Shown one piece after another: positions 62,205 through 64,000 of a stretch of DNA of 64,000 nucleotides. Position 1 is the first letter of the stretch; each line of letters starts with the position of its first letter. The stretch covers positions 23,684,001 to 23,748,000 of the forward strand of contig CM106585.1 of assembly GCA_048013815.1 (NCBI GenBank), given 5' to 3'. The notes below the pieces were generated by a model that was given only the letters and a program-made list of their open reading frames with translations, had not been told where the DNA came from and did no database searches. The DNA comes from Setoptus koraiensis. Its lineage: Eukaryota; Animalia; Arthropoda. The position numbers and the translations under genes were made by a program.

Positions 62205-64000
62205 AGCTGCCGCCGTTGTTCATGTACACAATGTTGTAGCTTGCCGGCTGGAGACACAGCTAAAGAGACACAGCGAGCAACACAACATAAGAGGATGCTG
62301 TTGCGCAATCGTGCAAACTGACCCGAGCACGACACAGTCAACGGCGGCCATTGCATCATCATTGCATCATCATTGCAACATCATTGCAGCATCGTTGCAG
62401 CATCTTGGCATCGTCTTGGCATCGTCTTGGCATCGTCATCATCCCATAGCTGACCGACTCACTGCTGACTTGGCAATAGGCAGGCTAATCAGGCAATAGG
62501 CAGAGGGACAGAGACAGAGCGGATGGGGTCACGACATTCAGTATAATTAAATTCTAAATGTTTGCTGTTGTTTGCACCACTAATCAAGTGCTAAAATGTA
62601 CCCACAATGGCCCGTTATAAAACCGTTATTGCAGCAGCATTGTTGGCCCGTTCGATTGGCCGGCAAGTAACTCGGGCAACGCTCAGCGAACACTATTGGT
62701 CAGTGCACTTGTTGCCTCATTGAGTCACAGAGTCATGCGGTCATGGAGTCTTGCAATCTCGGAATTTTCGACTCTTCGAGTCATTGGGTCTGCGAGTTGC
62801 CCTCGAATGGTCGAATGGTCGAGTCTCCAATTCGTCGAATCGTCGAGTCATCGAGTCTTCCAGCCGGCGAGTCTTAAGGTCGTGGAGTGGGATAGGTACA
62901 GTCTGGTCAAGAATAAAACGGTCGGACATTGCAAGATATTGCAAGCACAATATTATGGATATTATAAGTGGAGTGCTGCTTGCTCGCTCGATTACATATA
63001 TCTATCTGTATTATTGTGCTATGCGTGCCATTGTTGTTGTTGTGCGCAAATGGAAATAGATACATTAGAGAGCTTGTTGTAATCAATGCTAATAATATTG
63101 TTTGACCGCCATCTCACACTGCTGAAACTAATGACCACTAAAACTAACTAACACTTGTCTGCACACCTAAGTTCAAAGTCCAAAGTTTAAGTGGTCAAGT
63201 TAGCCGAGAGTCCATTAGGCCAGCACTGGCTCGCTGATAATTGTTATTATTGTGTACATAACAGCACCACCAACAACAACACCACCAACAACAGCAACAC
63301 CACCAACGACAACAACCGGCGAGCTGGCACGCAACATTGTTATTGTTTTGCACGAACAAGTGCACTGGTTGGCAGTGTTGATTTTGTAGCTACTCATAGT
63401 GACTCCAAACGCAACAAATGCAGCGAAAGTCATGCTTTGGCCGTGGGAAAGTGTAACACCTAGACACAATTTGTGCTGAAATAATAATATAATTTGTGTG
63501 GCGATAATAATGTAATTTGTGTTTGCTCGCAAACACCGCAGCTTTCGTGGGTTTGCAGGCTGCACAAGCCGGCCCAATGTAGCGTCATATCGCATATTAC
63601 ATATTTATGGTTGCATAATACTCATACGCATTACATGATATTGGCCGGCTAATGAATCATGATAATTCATTAATTGAGGTATTAAATGAGCTCGCCATGC
63701 ATTGGCTCATGTTGGCTGCCTCGTTGAGCGTTGGTTGGGCGCTGCTGGTCAATGTTGGGCAATGCTGCTCGATGCCAACTACTCTTGGGTGATCTATGTT
63801 TAGATATTTGCATCGTCGTCGCATCATCGCATCTGAATACACATTTTAATCCGTGCGGTAATATTAGCCAGACACTGGAGGGGATTAGGCAAACAGCAAA
63901 TGTTGTTGTTGTTGGCTCAACAACAACATTAATTCAACTAGCTCAACGCAATATGCGGCCAATATGAGTGAAAAATGCACCGACGAAACAAAAGAATTAA

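Larger units (their letters stand above)
24900..64000. other. Long non-coding region (gene desert or giant intron) rich in simple repeats
   Basis: No ORF in the track shows a recognisable domain. Most are translations of (CAA)n, (CA)n, (GAT)n or short minisatellites. Confidence 0.75.

Noticed and set aside
24900-64000. About 200 short ORFs in the track (poly-L, -C, -V, -T, -Q, HT/CV repeats), including the 170-aa ORF at 39559-40071 and 30711-30998
   Set aside because: They are translations of micro- and minisatellites, often from GTG/TTG starts, with no domains and overlapping on both strands.

Overview
Eukaryotic (arthropod) genomic DNA. The gene set, many intronless or shortened genes and 80-140 nt introns suggest an acariform mite with a compact genome (inference). 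The ORF track ignores splicing, so genes were rebuilt by hand from GT-AG junctions and reading phase. Bases 1-24.8 kb are gene-dense: MGAT1 (5' partial), an intronless clan-3 cytochrome P450, a probably non-inhibitory serpin, two small spliced secreted proteins that the ORF track misses or truncates (one uses 22-nt and 14-nt micro-exons), an orphan coiled-coil protein, an internally deleted 280-aa SRP72, a short FUN14/FUNDC protein, TMEM165/GDT1, and a >2000-aa Cda5-type chitin deacetylase whose 5' exon(s) are missing. Bases ~25-64 kb contain no recognisable protein-coding gene. They are rich in micro- and minisatellites and, by manual tally, in PAR-bZIP/C/EBP palindromes and ACAGGT motifs, and may be a giant 5' intron or regulatory domain of the chitin deacetylase. 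No rRNA, tRNA, CRISPR array or transposase was recognised. All counts are by eye and need computational confirmation. I found no clear-cut novel multi-gene system; the best leads are the mini-SRP72, the micro-exon secreted gene and the bZIP-site-rich desert.
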